Source of the DNA: a virus
Virus record (IMG/VR): IMGVR_UViG_3300023223_001973
Location: 35,694-99,693 of that record
DNA: 64,000 bases
Reading direction: 5' to 3' (one strand)
Below the pieces are notes generated by a model. That model worked only from the letters and a program-made list of their open reading frames with translations, made no database searches and had not been told where the DNA came from. This document shows positions 8,788 to 17,822 of the stretch, piece by piece (the first letter of the stretch is position 1; every line of letters begins with the position of its first letter). A program made the position numbers and the translations under genes.

Positions 8788-10599
8788 ATGGCAGATGATT
8801 TCAAACTGTCGTTCAATCCCGCTAACCTTCTTCAGAAGATCTTTAGGCAGCCAGACGTTGTCAGAGCGGATGTTGTAACTGATAGGACTCCTTTGGGTCC
8901 TGGTGATGAACAGAGGTTAATGCGTTATGGCTTCTCAATGCAGGACCTTGGCTCTTTGGTGGCCAAAGAGACCCTGGTTAACTTTGAGCGTACGGCCCTC
9001 TATAGGGAGATTGATCGAGCTCTCCTATATCCGTTGATGAGTGCCGCTATGGAGCTCTATGCGGATGTGAGTACCAACTTCTCTCAGCTTCATAACTCTA
9101 CGGTCTGGGTAACAGGTGAGGGAAAGCATGCTAATGAAGTGACCAAGTTGTTTGAGAGGATTAACGTTGAGGAGCGCATCTTCGACTGGGCCTATAGTAC
9201 TGGGAGCTTTGGTGACTTGTTTGCCATAATTCACGCTCATCCTGGGCTTGGCATCCTCAGTGTTGAGGATGATGACCACCCTATTAACATCTCTCGTATT
9301 GACTATAATGGTCGCCTTGTTGGGTTCTTCGATACACCCTTTGGTCAGGCTAAAGCAGAGAGGGAGTTAAGACCTCCTTGGTCGATGGTTCACTTTCGTC
9401 TGCTTGGTGCTAAGCGCAAGCGGCCTATGTTTAATGATCCTCTGTATTCTGAATTCCGCACCGTCAGCATGATCGATCCTGATACCCGCCATATTACTGC
9501 TAGGTATGGTTCTTCTCTTCTTGGTAATGGTCTACCGACATACAAGCGTCTGCGCATGGCTGAGGACTCCTTACTCATAGCACGGCTGTCTAAGGGCCCT
9601 CTCCACTACGTTTATAAGGTGAAGGTGGAAGGTGATAATGCTCAGGCCATCGATGCCATCATGCAGAACTATGAGAACTTGCTTAAGAGGAGTAAGGCCA
9701 TTGATACCCAGCGGGGTGAGGCTGGTGGTCAAGCCAATTATGAGAACGTCTATGCTGCTCTTCCCAACGCTGAAGATGTGTTTCTGCCTGTCTGGGGTGA
9801 TGCTAAGAATGATCTTGTTATTGACAAGATGGGTGGCGAGACTGACATCAAGTGGATTAAGGATGTGGACGCTCTGAGGAGTCAGCTGGCTTGTGCTCTA
9901 CGTGTACCGCTTCAGTTGCTTGGTGGCTTTACGAGTGAGCTACCTGGATCTCTAGGTAGGAGTGCTATTGAGACTCTGGATATCCGGTTCGCTAGGTCTG
10001 CTCGTAGGTTACAGCGTGCTGTGATTGAGGGTTTATATCGTATAGCTCAGATTCACTTGTCCTATATGGGTCTATCTCCTGATACTAGGCACTTCGAGAT
10101 CCATATGGCTGAAACTTCCACGGCTGAGGAGGAAGAGCTCAAGGATGCCCTGGACAGGGGCGTTGACATCGTGGATCGCATGTATGAGATGACAATTAAG
10201 TTTCTGGGTGAGGAGATTGACAAGAAGGCTCTGTTGAACTATCTTAACCAGAAGATACTGAAGCTTAATGACTTTAATATTAATGACTTTATTGAGCAGA
10301 AGCCTACCGTATCGAAGGAGGGTCTGCCTCTTGAGACGGCTCCTCCTGATGCAGGTGAGTTGCCAGCAGAGGCTAGGCAGTATGCTAATGCCTTGCTTGA
10401 TACTATCTCTGAGCATAAGAATGGTAAGCAGAATGGTGGGCCGATGAAGGGCAAACACCGGGATGGTAGTTCGCAGTCTTCGGATCTTAAGGCCTATACC
10501 TATTATCAGAAGGGTCTATGGGAGAAGAGGTTTAAGGATCGTAAGGTGATGGTTACTGACTCTCGCGAGTCGGAAGGAGGAAGTGATGTCAACTCATGA
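8788..10599 (+). CDS. portal protein, T4 gp20-like
   Basis: YREIDRALLYPLMSAAMELYAD, YGSSLL, LRMAEDSLLIARLSKGP, EDVFLPV, LRVP; directly after terL. Confidence 0.88.
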   Translation: MADDFKLSFNPANLLQKIFRQPDVVRADVVTDRTPLGPGDEQRLMRYGFSMQDLGSLVAKETLVNFERTALYREIDRALLYPLMSAAMELYADVSTNFSQLHNSTVWVTGEGKHANEVTKLFERINVEERIFDWAYSTGSFGDLFAIIHAHPGLGILSVEDDDHPINISRIDYNGRLVGFFDTPFGQAKAERELRPPWSMVHFRLLGAKRKRPMFNDPLYSEFRTVSMIDPDTRHITARYGSSLLGNGLPTYKRLRMAEDSLLIARLSKGPLHYVYKVKVEGDNAQAIDAIMQNYENLLKRSKAIDTQRGEAGGQANYENVYAALPNAEDVFLPVWGDAKNDLVIDKMGGETDIKWIKDVDALRSQLACALRVPLQLLGGFTSELPGSLGRSAIETLDIRFARSARRLQRAVIEGLYRIAQIHLSYMGLSPDTRHFEIHMAETSTAEEEELKDALDRGVDIVDRMYEMTIKFLGEEIDKKALLNYLNQKILKLNDFNINDFIEQKPTVSKEGLPLETAPPDAGELPAEARQYANALLDTISEHKNGKQNGGPMKGKHRDGSSQSSDLKAYTYYQKGLWEKRFKDRKVMVTDSRESEGGSDVNS

Positions 10600-10888
10600 T
10601 CAACTGCGTGAGGCTATGATTAACCGACTTACTGAGAACCAGTCAGGAGGATCAACATCTCCTAATACCCCACCCCCAGTTCCTATCCATGATCAACCTG
10701 TTGAGGAGTCCACTGAGGTACCTTCCGAGTCTAAGATCTTTGAGGGCATGGACCTGACCGAACTCCTTACCAGTCAGCTCAAAGATAGGGTTCCAACCAC
10801 AGGCATGTCACCAAGAGTCAGTGATGAGGTTCGTGAAACTGCTATTAAGAACTCTCAGATTGACTTAATCCGGACATTGAACCTGTGA
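10586..10888 (+). CDS. small prohead core/internal protein candidate
   Basis: Between portal and protease; leader ...MINRLTE and an ESKIFE motif. Confidence 0.5.
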   Translation: MSTHDQLREAMINRLTENQSGGSTSPNTPPPVPIHDQPVEESTEVPSESKIFEGMDLTELLTSQLKDRVPTTGMSPRVSDEVRETAIKNSQIDLIRTLNL

Positions 10889-11262
10889 ACCCGGAGCTGT
10901 TAAACCAGGTCACTTCTGCAGAGAAGTATTTCGAGAACACTCGGTATCATAGGGAGTTAACTGCTGTTCTTGATGCGTTTAAGCGCGAGGATGAGGCAGA
11001 ACTGAAGGTATCCCTTAGCAAGTTACCGACGTACTCCGAGCTACTGAAGACGTTGATTCGGAAGCTTAAAGGTAAGTCGGTGTACAGTACCTTGAAACGC
11101 TTGTCTACGGGGAATCCAAGGAGTAAGTGGGATGCGTTGAAGGGGCTTACTTCTCTGGCAACTCATGCCTGTATTGAGTGTGAGAGGGGGAGTACTGAGT
11201 ATCGCTTGGTTTTAGCTCATCTTTACGAGAAGATTGGTGCTAGTCTGTTTTCTAAGGAGTGA
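10885..11262 (+). CDS. hypothetical protein (head module)
   Basis: 125-aa ORF with GTGA overlaps at both ends. Confidence 0.6.
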   Translation: MNPELLNQVTSAEKYFENTRYHRELTAVLDAFKREDEAELKVSLSKLPTYSELLKTLIRKLKGKSVYSTLKRLSTGNPRSKWDALKGLTSLATHACIECERGSTEYRLVLAHLYEKIGASLFSKE

Positions 11263-12962
11263 ACATGCAGGGTGACTTTCAGTCTTATATGCGTGAACAG
11301 GAAAGTATTGTTCCTCTTCCTCTGAGGCACCCTGATGGGAATAAGGTCAGGCCAATAGGTCTGGATGAGGCTGAAGGTGATGAACCCCCTGAGGCTGGTA
11401 ATGATGAGAAGGAGTTCTTTGGGTCTAAGGGGCCGGACCAGAACTTTTACTTCACCCGTGATGGTGAGGACCTCGTCATTATTGATGCTGAAGGCATCAT
11501 CGTATTCTCTGCCGAGCAGCGTGATATTCCCACAGAAGACCTTGTCGATTTCCTGATCTCTGCTGCCCGTGACCTTGAATTGGACGCTGTGGCAATGGAG
11601 GTTCTCCAGCGTTATGATCTGCTTGCTCCTCGCAAGGATGAAGAGCAACCTGATGTTGTTACTCCTCCGCGCAGAGATACGGGTGCTGAGGAACCTGACT
11701 TGGGTTCCCAGGGGCCAACTGAACCTGTTGAAGATCCTCCGATGCCTGAATCTCGTGTGAACGAGATAAAGAAAGAAGATCACCCTTACTACGCTGTGGC
11801 TATGGACTTTGTTCAGAAGTTCAATGATCTTGGTATCTCCGTTGATGTGCCTGAGGATACTATAGAGTTAGCAGGCCCTGGTGAGGAGTATGATCCTCAT
11901 GATACTGAGTATGGTACAGTTCATGAAGAGTCTATAATGCTGTATCGTCCTTCGGATACAGGAAATGTTGCGGATTCTATTAACATCCAGAGTGATGGAA
12001 TGGTCCATAGCTTGGGTGACTTTGGTCAGTTTAATAAGCAGATGTCTGTTGAGGAAGTGGCTGTAATGCTTGACCAGCATCTGGCAAGGCTCAAGGGTCA
12101 GTCCACCACTGAGCCTGCTATGCCAGAGGGTAAGGTACCTACCCACGCTCAGGATGATGAGAAAACCAAGAAGTCTCTCCTTGAGGAAGGTGAGCCTGTT
12201 GCTCCCTCTGAGGAGACTGATCTTGAGGATGAGGTAAAGCCCACTGAGACTCTCCCGAAGGAGAAGCTGGATGACGTGCCTGCTAAAGGTGCTGAAGCTA
12301 CTCCGGGTGCTTCTACTTCGGGAACTGAGCCTGATGCTATTCCTGCAGAAGCCCCTGCTGTTGAGGAGCCTGCTGTTGAGGTTCCTGTTGAGGGGAAGCT
12401 TCCCACTCTTCCTGTTAAGTCGGAAGAGCAGTTGATTAATCAGCTTCGGGAGGAGTTCTTGGAAGAGGGTGATGCCAAGGGTCAGACCCACTATCAAGCT
12501 TCGAGGTCTCAGCAGCAGAACAAGAACTCAGCAGATGCATCGGCTACGTCGGCTTCTAAGTCTGGTGACACTCCTTCCAGTGATGCGATGTCTCAGTCTA
12601 AGACGTCGGCTTCCAAGTCACAGCAGCAGAATGCTAACTCATCCTCCGCTAAGACCTCTTCTGCTATGAATACAGGTGAGTCTGGTGGAACGGCTGCGCA
12701 TCCGGGTGGTAAGTCCAAGCAGCAGAATGCTAATGCACCGGCGGCTTCTGACACGGCGGCTTCGAGGACTGGTGATCAACCCCCGAGTGATGCACTGGCT
12801 CAGGGTGGAGTGAGGACTCCAAAGTCTGGTCAGCAGAATACCAACAAGAAGGACGCTCCTGCTACATCTTCTCAGCGTGCTTCCAGTGAGCGTAGGCGTC
12901 GTCTGCGCATGAGGACTGCAGTTGAGCGTAGGAAACGTCGGTTAGCGAGGGAAAGTAAGTAG
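11259..12962 (+). CDS. acidic, low-complexity prohead core/scaffold-like protein with Arg-rich C-terminus
   Basis: Position before the protease; ESRVNE motif; S/Q/N repeats; tail RRRRLRMRTAVERRKRR. Confidence 0.55.
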   Translation: MNMQGDFQSYMREQESIVPLPLRHPDGNKVRPIGLDEAEGDEPPEAGNDEKEFFGSKGPDQNFYFTRDGEDLVIIDAEGIIVFSAEQRDIPTEDLVDFLISAARDLELDAVAMEVLQRYDLLAPRKDEEQPDVVTPPRRDTGAEEPDLGSQGPTEPVEDPPMPESRVNEIKKEDHPYYAVAMDFVQKFNDLGISVDVPEDTIELAGPGEEYDPHDTEYGTVHEESIMLYRPSDTGNVADSINIQSDGMVHSLGDFGQFNKQMSVEEVAVMLDQHLARLKGQSTTEPAMPEGKVPTHAQDDEKTKKSLLEEGEPVAPSEETDLEDEVKPTETLPKEKLDDVPAKGAEATPGASTSGTEPDAIPAEAPAVEEPAVEVPVEGKLPTLPVKSEEQLINQLREEFLEEGDAKGQTHYQASRSQQQNKNSADASATSASKSGDTPSSDAMSQSKTSASKSQQQNANSSSAKTSSAMNTGESGGTAAHPGGKSKQQNANAPAASDTAASRTGDQPPSDALAQGGVRTPKSGQQNTNKKDAPATSSQRASSERRRRLRMRTAVERRKRRLARESK

Positions 12963-12990
12963 GTTCTTTCTGACTCTGTAGGAGAGTAAT

Positions 12991-14592
12991 ATGTTTCTTA
13001 ATGAACGGTTCCTGGTCAAGTCTGAACTTCTTGAGATGGAGACCAAGAACCTCCCTCAGGGTGTGCTTCTTCGTGTTACTTACCCCGTATGCAACATTGG
13101 GGAGAGGAACCACAACAACCGGATCTATGAGGTACAACTGTGGGAGCAAGTCCTGGCAGAGAAGGATCTAAAGGAGAAGCTTGCTGCTCGCACGCTCTTC
13201 GGTCATGCTGAGCACCCGGAAACCACAGCATCCAATGTGGAGAAGGTCTCCCATGTCATTACCAAGATGTGGCTGGATGAGGAGATTGGAAAGCTGAAGC
13301 AGACCTTCGAGGTCCTGGACACTCCTTATGGTCGTATTGTAGCCACTCTTCTGAATGCTAACTGTGGCCTGGGTTGCTCGACTCGTGCAGAGGGTGACCT
13401 GGAGGAGAAGGAAGACGACAAGGGCAAGTACCATCGCGTTATCCCTGAATCCTACCGCTATATTACTACAGACTTTACCGCTGATCCTTCTACGATTGGT
13501 GTATATCCCGAGAGTATTGAGAACCATCTGGTTAGTCAGGTTAAGGCTGGTATGGAAGCCAAGAAGATGGATCCAGCCTTTGCGTGTGCTCTGCTGGAGG
13601 GGATGAAGAGTAAGGATGCCAAGGTCCTCCTTGAGTCTATCAAGGAAATGCATGGTGGTGATGCACATTCTAAGCCTGCCTCAGACATGGAATCTCCACC
13701 TATGCCACCGGCAACCAATCCTGAAGCAGCTCTGGAAGCCATGTATACCTGTCCCAAGTGTGGCAAGGAAGCCATGTATGAGATCACCTCTGAGAAGATC
13801 AACTGCGAGTGTGGCTCCTTCATGAAGAAGAACGAGCAGTATGAGTCTCGCTTGGTCTTCGAGGACTTTGATGCTGCAGTGGCCTGGTTTACTGAGGCAT
13901 TTGCCAAGATTGCTGATGAGGAGCTTCAGGATAAGGTCAGGCAGGTTAAGGGTGCTCTGACTGAGAGCAGACCCTCTGCCATTTCCAAGCAGATGCGGTC
14001 ACTTCGTGGTCAACTTGCTGAGTCTAAGGCTGAACTCTCGGTCTTGGGTGAGATTGATGAGGAACGAGCCTCTGGTCTGATTGCTGCCATAAAGCAGGTT
14101 GCGGAATTAGAGGCACTCATGGCTACTGTGGAGTCCAAGTCCCATGAAGATAAGGAAGCTTTCGGAAGGAAGCTCATGAAGTCTCTTAAGGCTTCCATGA
14201 AGGAGAGACTTGCCACTGAAGCTACAAGCAGGCAGAAGTTAGAGGCTAAGTATAGTACAGTTTCTTCTGAGACTGGAACCTTAAGGGCAAAGATTGAGGA
14301 GCTTCAGGGGCAGGTAGCCACGCAGGCCAAAGCCCATAATCAGGAGCTTATCAAGAAGTACGCTCAGGTTACCGTGGAGAAGACAGGACTGAAGCTTTCG
14401 AAGCAGTTTCAAGCACTTCTTGAAAAGGCATCCTCGGAAACTGAAGTCGATAACATGCTTGATCGAGTCAGGGATGAAATAACTGAAGGGATGATACATT
14501 CTGCGATCCCTGCCCTGAAGGTTAAGCCTGATGCCTCGGAACCAAAGGATGTGATCTCGGAAAGTATTCACAGTGCTATGGAAGGTATGTAA
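12991..14592 (+). CDS. prohead protease (T4 gp21-like) fused to a Zn-ribbon and coiled-coil scaffold
   Basis: NHNNRIY, FGHAEHP, VSHVIT, LDTPYG, GCSTRAEG and DFTADPS motifs; long heptad-rich C-terminus. Confidence 0.88.
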   Translation: MFLNERFLVKSELLEMETKNLPQGVLLRVTYPVCNIGERNHNNRIYEVQLWEQVLAEKDLKEKLAARTLFGHAEHPETTASNVEKVSHVITKMWLDEEIGKLKQTFEVLDTPYGRIVATLLNANCGLGCSTRAEGDLEEKEDDKGKYHRVIPESYRYITTDFTADPSTIGVYPESIENHLVSQVKAGMEAKKMDPAFACALLEGMKSKDAKVLLESIKEMHGGDAHSKPASDMESPPMPPATNPEAALEAMYTCPKCGKEAMYEITSEKINCECGSFMKKNEQYESRLVFEDFDAAVAWFTEAFAKIADEELQDKVRQVKGALTESRPSAISKQMRSLRGQLAESKAELSVLGEIDEERASGLIAAIKQVAELEALMATVESKSHEDKEAFGRKLMKSLKASMKERLATEATSRQKLEAKYSTVSSETGTLRAKIEELQGQVATQAKAHNQELIKKYAQVTVEKTGLKLSKQFQALLEKASSETEVDNMLDRVRDEITEGMIHSAIPALKVKPDASEPKDVISESIHSAMEGM

Positions 14593-14625
14593 ACTTTAAC
14601 TTCACTCTCTAAGGAGACGGGTACC

Positions 14626-16116
14626 ATGAAGAATAATAACGAAGCTATTGCGGCAGCAGTACAGAGTCGCATGGATGAGATGACGAACCGTCGTTCAGCT
14701 CTGGTTAATAGCTGGGCCAAGTACGTCAACGCCGTGGATACCTACGTCAAGGAGAAGCGGGGTAACTCCCTGTCGGACTGGGAGAAGATGAACATCGCCC
14801 AGTGTCTCGAAAACGCTCTTATTGAGGGTGGGCTTCGCCAGAATGCCCTGTTCGAGACGACCTTCGCCGACAACATCACCTTCCTGGGCATTCAGCTGCC
14901 CGTGATTGCTGCCTTGCTGCCGTCTCTCGTGCTGAACGAGATCGGCATGGTGCAGGCTCTGGATCGCCGGCAGGGTGCGGTGTTCTATCTGGACCTGCAG
15001 TATGGTACCACGAAGGGTAACGTGGCCTCCGGAACGGACATGATCAACGCCCAGACGGGCCATGATCGGACCACGCAGGGTCGGAGGTTTGCTACGAACC
15101 GAATCAATCAAGAAGCCCTCGGCACTGGTGACGGATCGACGGCCACCTTCGCCGGGACTCTGGACTTCAAGCCCGTGAGAGTAGATGGTGACGTCACAGT
15201 GCTTCCTGATGGCGCCATTTCGATCACTGATGGTCTTGAGACCTTCACGGACTCCACGGGGAGTGGGACGCTCACTGGCGACCTTGGTGGCACGGGTACC
15301 ATCACATACGCCACAGGCGTGTTCAGCGTCACCTTTAACACCGCTCCTGTGTTGGCTGCCGTTGTCTCCGCGTCCTACCGCTTCAACATGGATCGGGATA
15401 CGACCGGGATCGGTGAGGTCAACGTCTCGATGCGGTCCGAGAATATTACCGCTGAGGACTTCAAGCTGCGGGCAAACTTCTCCCTGGGTGCAGCCATTGA
15501 CCTGGAGAAGGCACATGGGCTGAAGTTGGAGTCCGAGCTGGTCAAGTTCCTGGGTGGAGAGATCAAGTTCGAGATTGACCACTTGGGTATCGACGTGATC
15601 AGGGAAGCTGCGGAAGGGGCCAATGCAGCCACGGCGGTGGGTACCTGGACCGCTACCCCGACCGATGGACAGGAATGGCTCTGGAAGAAGTACGAGTTCA
15701 ACGACCAGATCGAAAAGGGCTCGAACTTCATCTTCGCCAAGACGTTGCGCGGGATGGCGACCTTCATCCTATGCGGAAACAACGTGGCGCGGGTATGCAA
15801 GCAGCTGACCCCGCACTTCAAGGCAGCCCCGGGTCTGGACAAGCAGAAGCCCACGGGCCCGATGGTTATCGGCACACTCGACGGCCGCACCGTGGTTCAG
15901 GACCCCTTCCTCCCGATCAACCGGTACTACCTGGGATTCAAGGGTGACAGTTACCTGTTCTCCGGCTTCATATATGCCCCATACATTCCGCTGTTCGCAA
16001 CCCCCACCCTGGTAACCGCTGACACCCTTGCCCAGAAGGGCTTCTTCAGTGCTGCCGGCTTCAAGATGATTAATGAAGGTCTGTACAACTTCGGCGATAT
16101 CGCAGGCCTGCTCTAA
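14626..16116 (+). CDS. major capsid protein, T4 gp23-like
   Basis: IGMVQAL, AVFYLDLQYG, KLRANFSLGAAIDLEKAHGL, EIKFEID, GFIYAPYIPL; strong SD AAGGAG; followed by a terminator. Confidence 0.93.
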   Translation: MKNNNEAIAAAVQSRMDEMTNRRSALVNSWAKYVNAVDTYVKEKRGNSLSDWEKMNIAQCLENALIEGGLRQNALFETTFADNITFLGIQLPVIAALLPSLVLNEIGMVQALDRRQGAVFYLDLQYGTTKGNVASGTDMINAQTGHDRTTQGRRFATNRINQEALGTGDGSTATFAGTLDFKPVRVDGDVTVLPDGAISITDGLETFTDSTGSGTLTGDLGGTGTITYATGVFSVTFNTAPVLAAVVSASYRFNMDRDTTGIGEVNVSMRSENITAEDFKLRANFSLGAAIDLEKAHGLKLESELVKFLGGEIKFEIDHLGIDVIREAAEGANAATAVGTWTATPTDGQEWLWKKYEFNDQIEKGSNFIFAKTLRGMATFILCGNNVARVCKQLTPHFKAAPGLDKQKPTGPMVIGTLDGRTVVQDPFLPINRYYLGFKGDSYLFSGFIYAPYIPLFATPTLVTADTLAQKGFFSAAGFKMINEGLYNFGDIAGLL

Positions 16117-16140
16117 ATCACGAAGCATACAAAGTTGCTA

Positions 16141-16182
16141 AGGAAGGGGGAGGACCTAAAATCCTTCCCCTTCTTTCGTTTT
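16141..16182 (+). terminator. rho-independent terminator after MCP
   Basis: AGGAAGGGGGAGGA-loop-TCCTTCCCCTTCTT followed by TCGTTTT. Confidence 0.8.
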
Positions 16183-16242
16183 AATTAAGTCACTTGGCTC
16201 GTACCTGGCATTAATTAGGCTTCTTGAGTAGACCACTCCCTC

Positions 16243-16287
16243 CGTATTATATCTTCTACTTCAGACAAGGCATTCCTCGCGTATTAT
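16243..16287 (+). promoter_or_regulatory. tandem putative promoter elements CGTATTAT (16243, 16280)
   Basis: Two exact copies in the gap right after the MCP terminator. Confidence 0.5.
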
Positions 16288-16326
16288 CTTGAGATGCATT
16301 ATCTTTCCACTTGAAAGGAGGTTGGC

Positions 16327-16770
16327 ATGATCACTGAACGTATGGTTTGTTCTTCTAACATGAAGCTTGGTGCTAACAAGAAGGTCTATGACCTTAAGGC
16401 TCATGTTCCTCAGGAAGTTGAGTTTGCTGATAAGGCTGAGCTGGATGCTCTTAAGGCTGTAATACCCGGGTTTACGGTCGCTCCTATCGCTCCTGCTGGC
16501 CCTGGTGTTGAGAACTTGTCGGCTCCTGCCACTCCTCCTGCACCACCCCCGGTTCCTACAACTATTCCTCCTACTCCTCAGCCTCCTGAAGAGGTAGATG
16601 ATTCCAAGGACCCACGTCTTCCCAGTGACACCGGTGGCGAGGTTAAGCTGCTGACTGGGTTGAAGTCGATGAAGAAGGCTGAGCTGATCAAGCTCTGTAC
16701 AGATAAGGGGTTGGATTCCAAGGGAACTAAACCTGAACTGGTCGAGAGGCTCGAAGCTTTGCAGCTCTAA
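16327..16770 (+). CDS. SAP/HeH-domain protein with Pro-rich linker
   Basis: C-terminal LKSMKKAELIKLCTDKGLDSKGTKPELVERL. Confidence 0.75.
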   Translation: MITERMVCSSNMKLGANKKVYDLKAHVPQEVEFADKAELDALKAVIPGFTVAPIAPAGPGVENLSAPATPPAPPPVPTTIPPTPQPPEEVDDSKDPRLPSDTGGEVKLLTGLKSMKKAELIKLCTDKGLDSKGTKPELVERLEALQL

Positions 16771-16785
16771 ATTCCTGGGGTAAAC

Positions 16786-17820
16786 ATGACTCTGCTAGAG
16801 ATCCAGCGGTGGCTGGCTCGTGAGTTTGATCCGATTAAGCTAGCTACCCCTGGTGAGACAATTGAGCAGCACGTTCTGAATGCGGTCCGCTATTGGAATA
16901 ACCATTCCGCTTATCGTTTCATTCGCATGTATAATGCGACTACGGCACGTGACCCTAATAATCCTAATACCTTCGGTACAAGGATACAGATCTCCTCTCA
17001 GTATAAGCATGTGGCTCAGGTGTTCCCTGCCTCTGATACTGAGTTTGTCTTTAGGTCGCATCCCCTTTGGACTCTCCTTGGATTTACCATAGTTGATAAT
17101 GTCACTTCGGATCTTATCCTCCTGGGTGAGACCTATCGGAACTATCGCTACTATATTGGTGAAGATTTCAAGTGGCAGTTCGAGCCTGAATTTGATCCTG
17201 CTGTGGGTGGTTTCCTCTATCTTCATCAGCTGCCTATAGATTCCAACAGAGTTGCAGTAGTGGGTTCAAGAAGGATTGTTCTCTCAACGACTGCTGCTAT
17301 TCTAACGGGTAATCGATCTACTTTTACTCAGAGGGCAGGTGATACGATCAAGATTATTGCTGACGGTGTCGTATTTGATGACATTGACATGAATGTAGCC
17401 ACTGTGTCCGAAGTAGCAGTCAATATTAATGGTGCCGCAGGCCAGACTATAGCTACTTTGAATGTTAATGGATTCCTGGTTCTTACTTCCCTTGCCCAGG
17501 GCTATAATGCGACTATGCAGATCCTGGATGGCACTAATAGCAATGGTGGTGAGGCCAATAAGTTGTATGCTGGTATTCCTCAGTTTATTGATGGTATTGG
17601 TGATGCTGACATTGTGGATCAGTATATTCTGGACTTCCTTCTGTATTATTCTAAGGCTCTTCTTCAGCAGGCTGAGGGGCGTCTGCTTCGGAAAGGTGAC
17701 ATCATTGGTGCTAAGAATGATGGTGATACCATGATGAAGGAAGGTAAGCAAGAGCAGACAGAGCTGGAGAAGAGGTTGTCCTATGAAGGTAGGTGGCTCG
17801 CGTTAACCCGGAAGGGGTAG
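16786..17820 (+). CDS. neck/head-tail adaptor protein (T4 gp13-like) with inserted beta domain
   Basis: Position; N-terminal IEQHVLNAVRYW and C-terminal FLLYYSKALL...GRLLRK...NDGDTMMKEG..E.TELEKRL pattern. Confidence 0.65.
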   Translation: MTLLEIQRWLAREFDPIKLATPGETIEQHVLNAVRYWNNHSAYRFIRMYNATTARDPNNPNTFGTRIQISSQYKHVAQVFPASDTEFVFRSHPLWTLLGFTIVDNVTSDLILLGETYRNYRYYIGEDFKWQFEPEFDPAVGGFLYLHQLPIDSNRVAVVGSRRIVLSTTAAILTGNRSTFTQRAGDTIKIIADGVVFDDIDMNVATVSEVAVNINGAAGQTIATLNVNGFLVLTSLAQGYNATMQILDGTNSNGGEANKLYAGIPQFIDGIGDADIVDQYILDFLLYYSKALLQQAEGRLLRKGDIIGAKNDGDTMMKEGKQEQTELEKRLSYEGRWLALTRKG

Positions 17821-17822
17821 CA

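Noticed and set aside
14695-15890. Long antisense and alternate-frame ORFs over the MCP gene
   Set aside because: Explained by the C/G-rich codon usage of the MCP; no recognisable protein features.
16117-16326. tRNA or other ncRNA in the largest intergenic gap
   Set aside because: No cloverleaf or T-loop consensus; content is explained by a terminator and promoter-like motifs.
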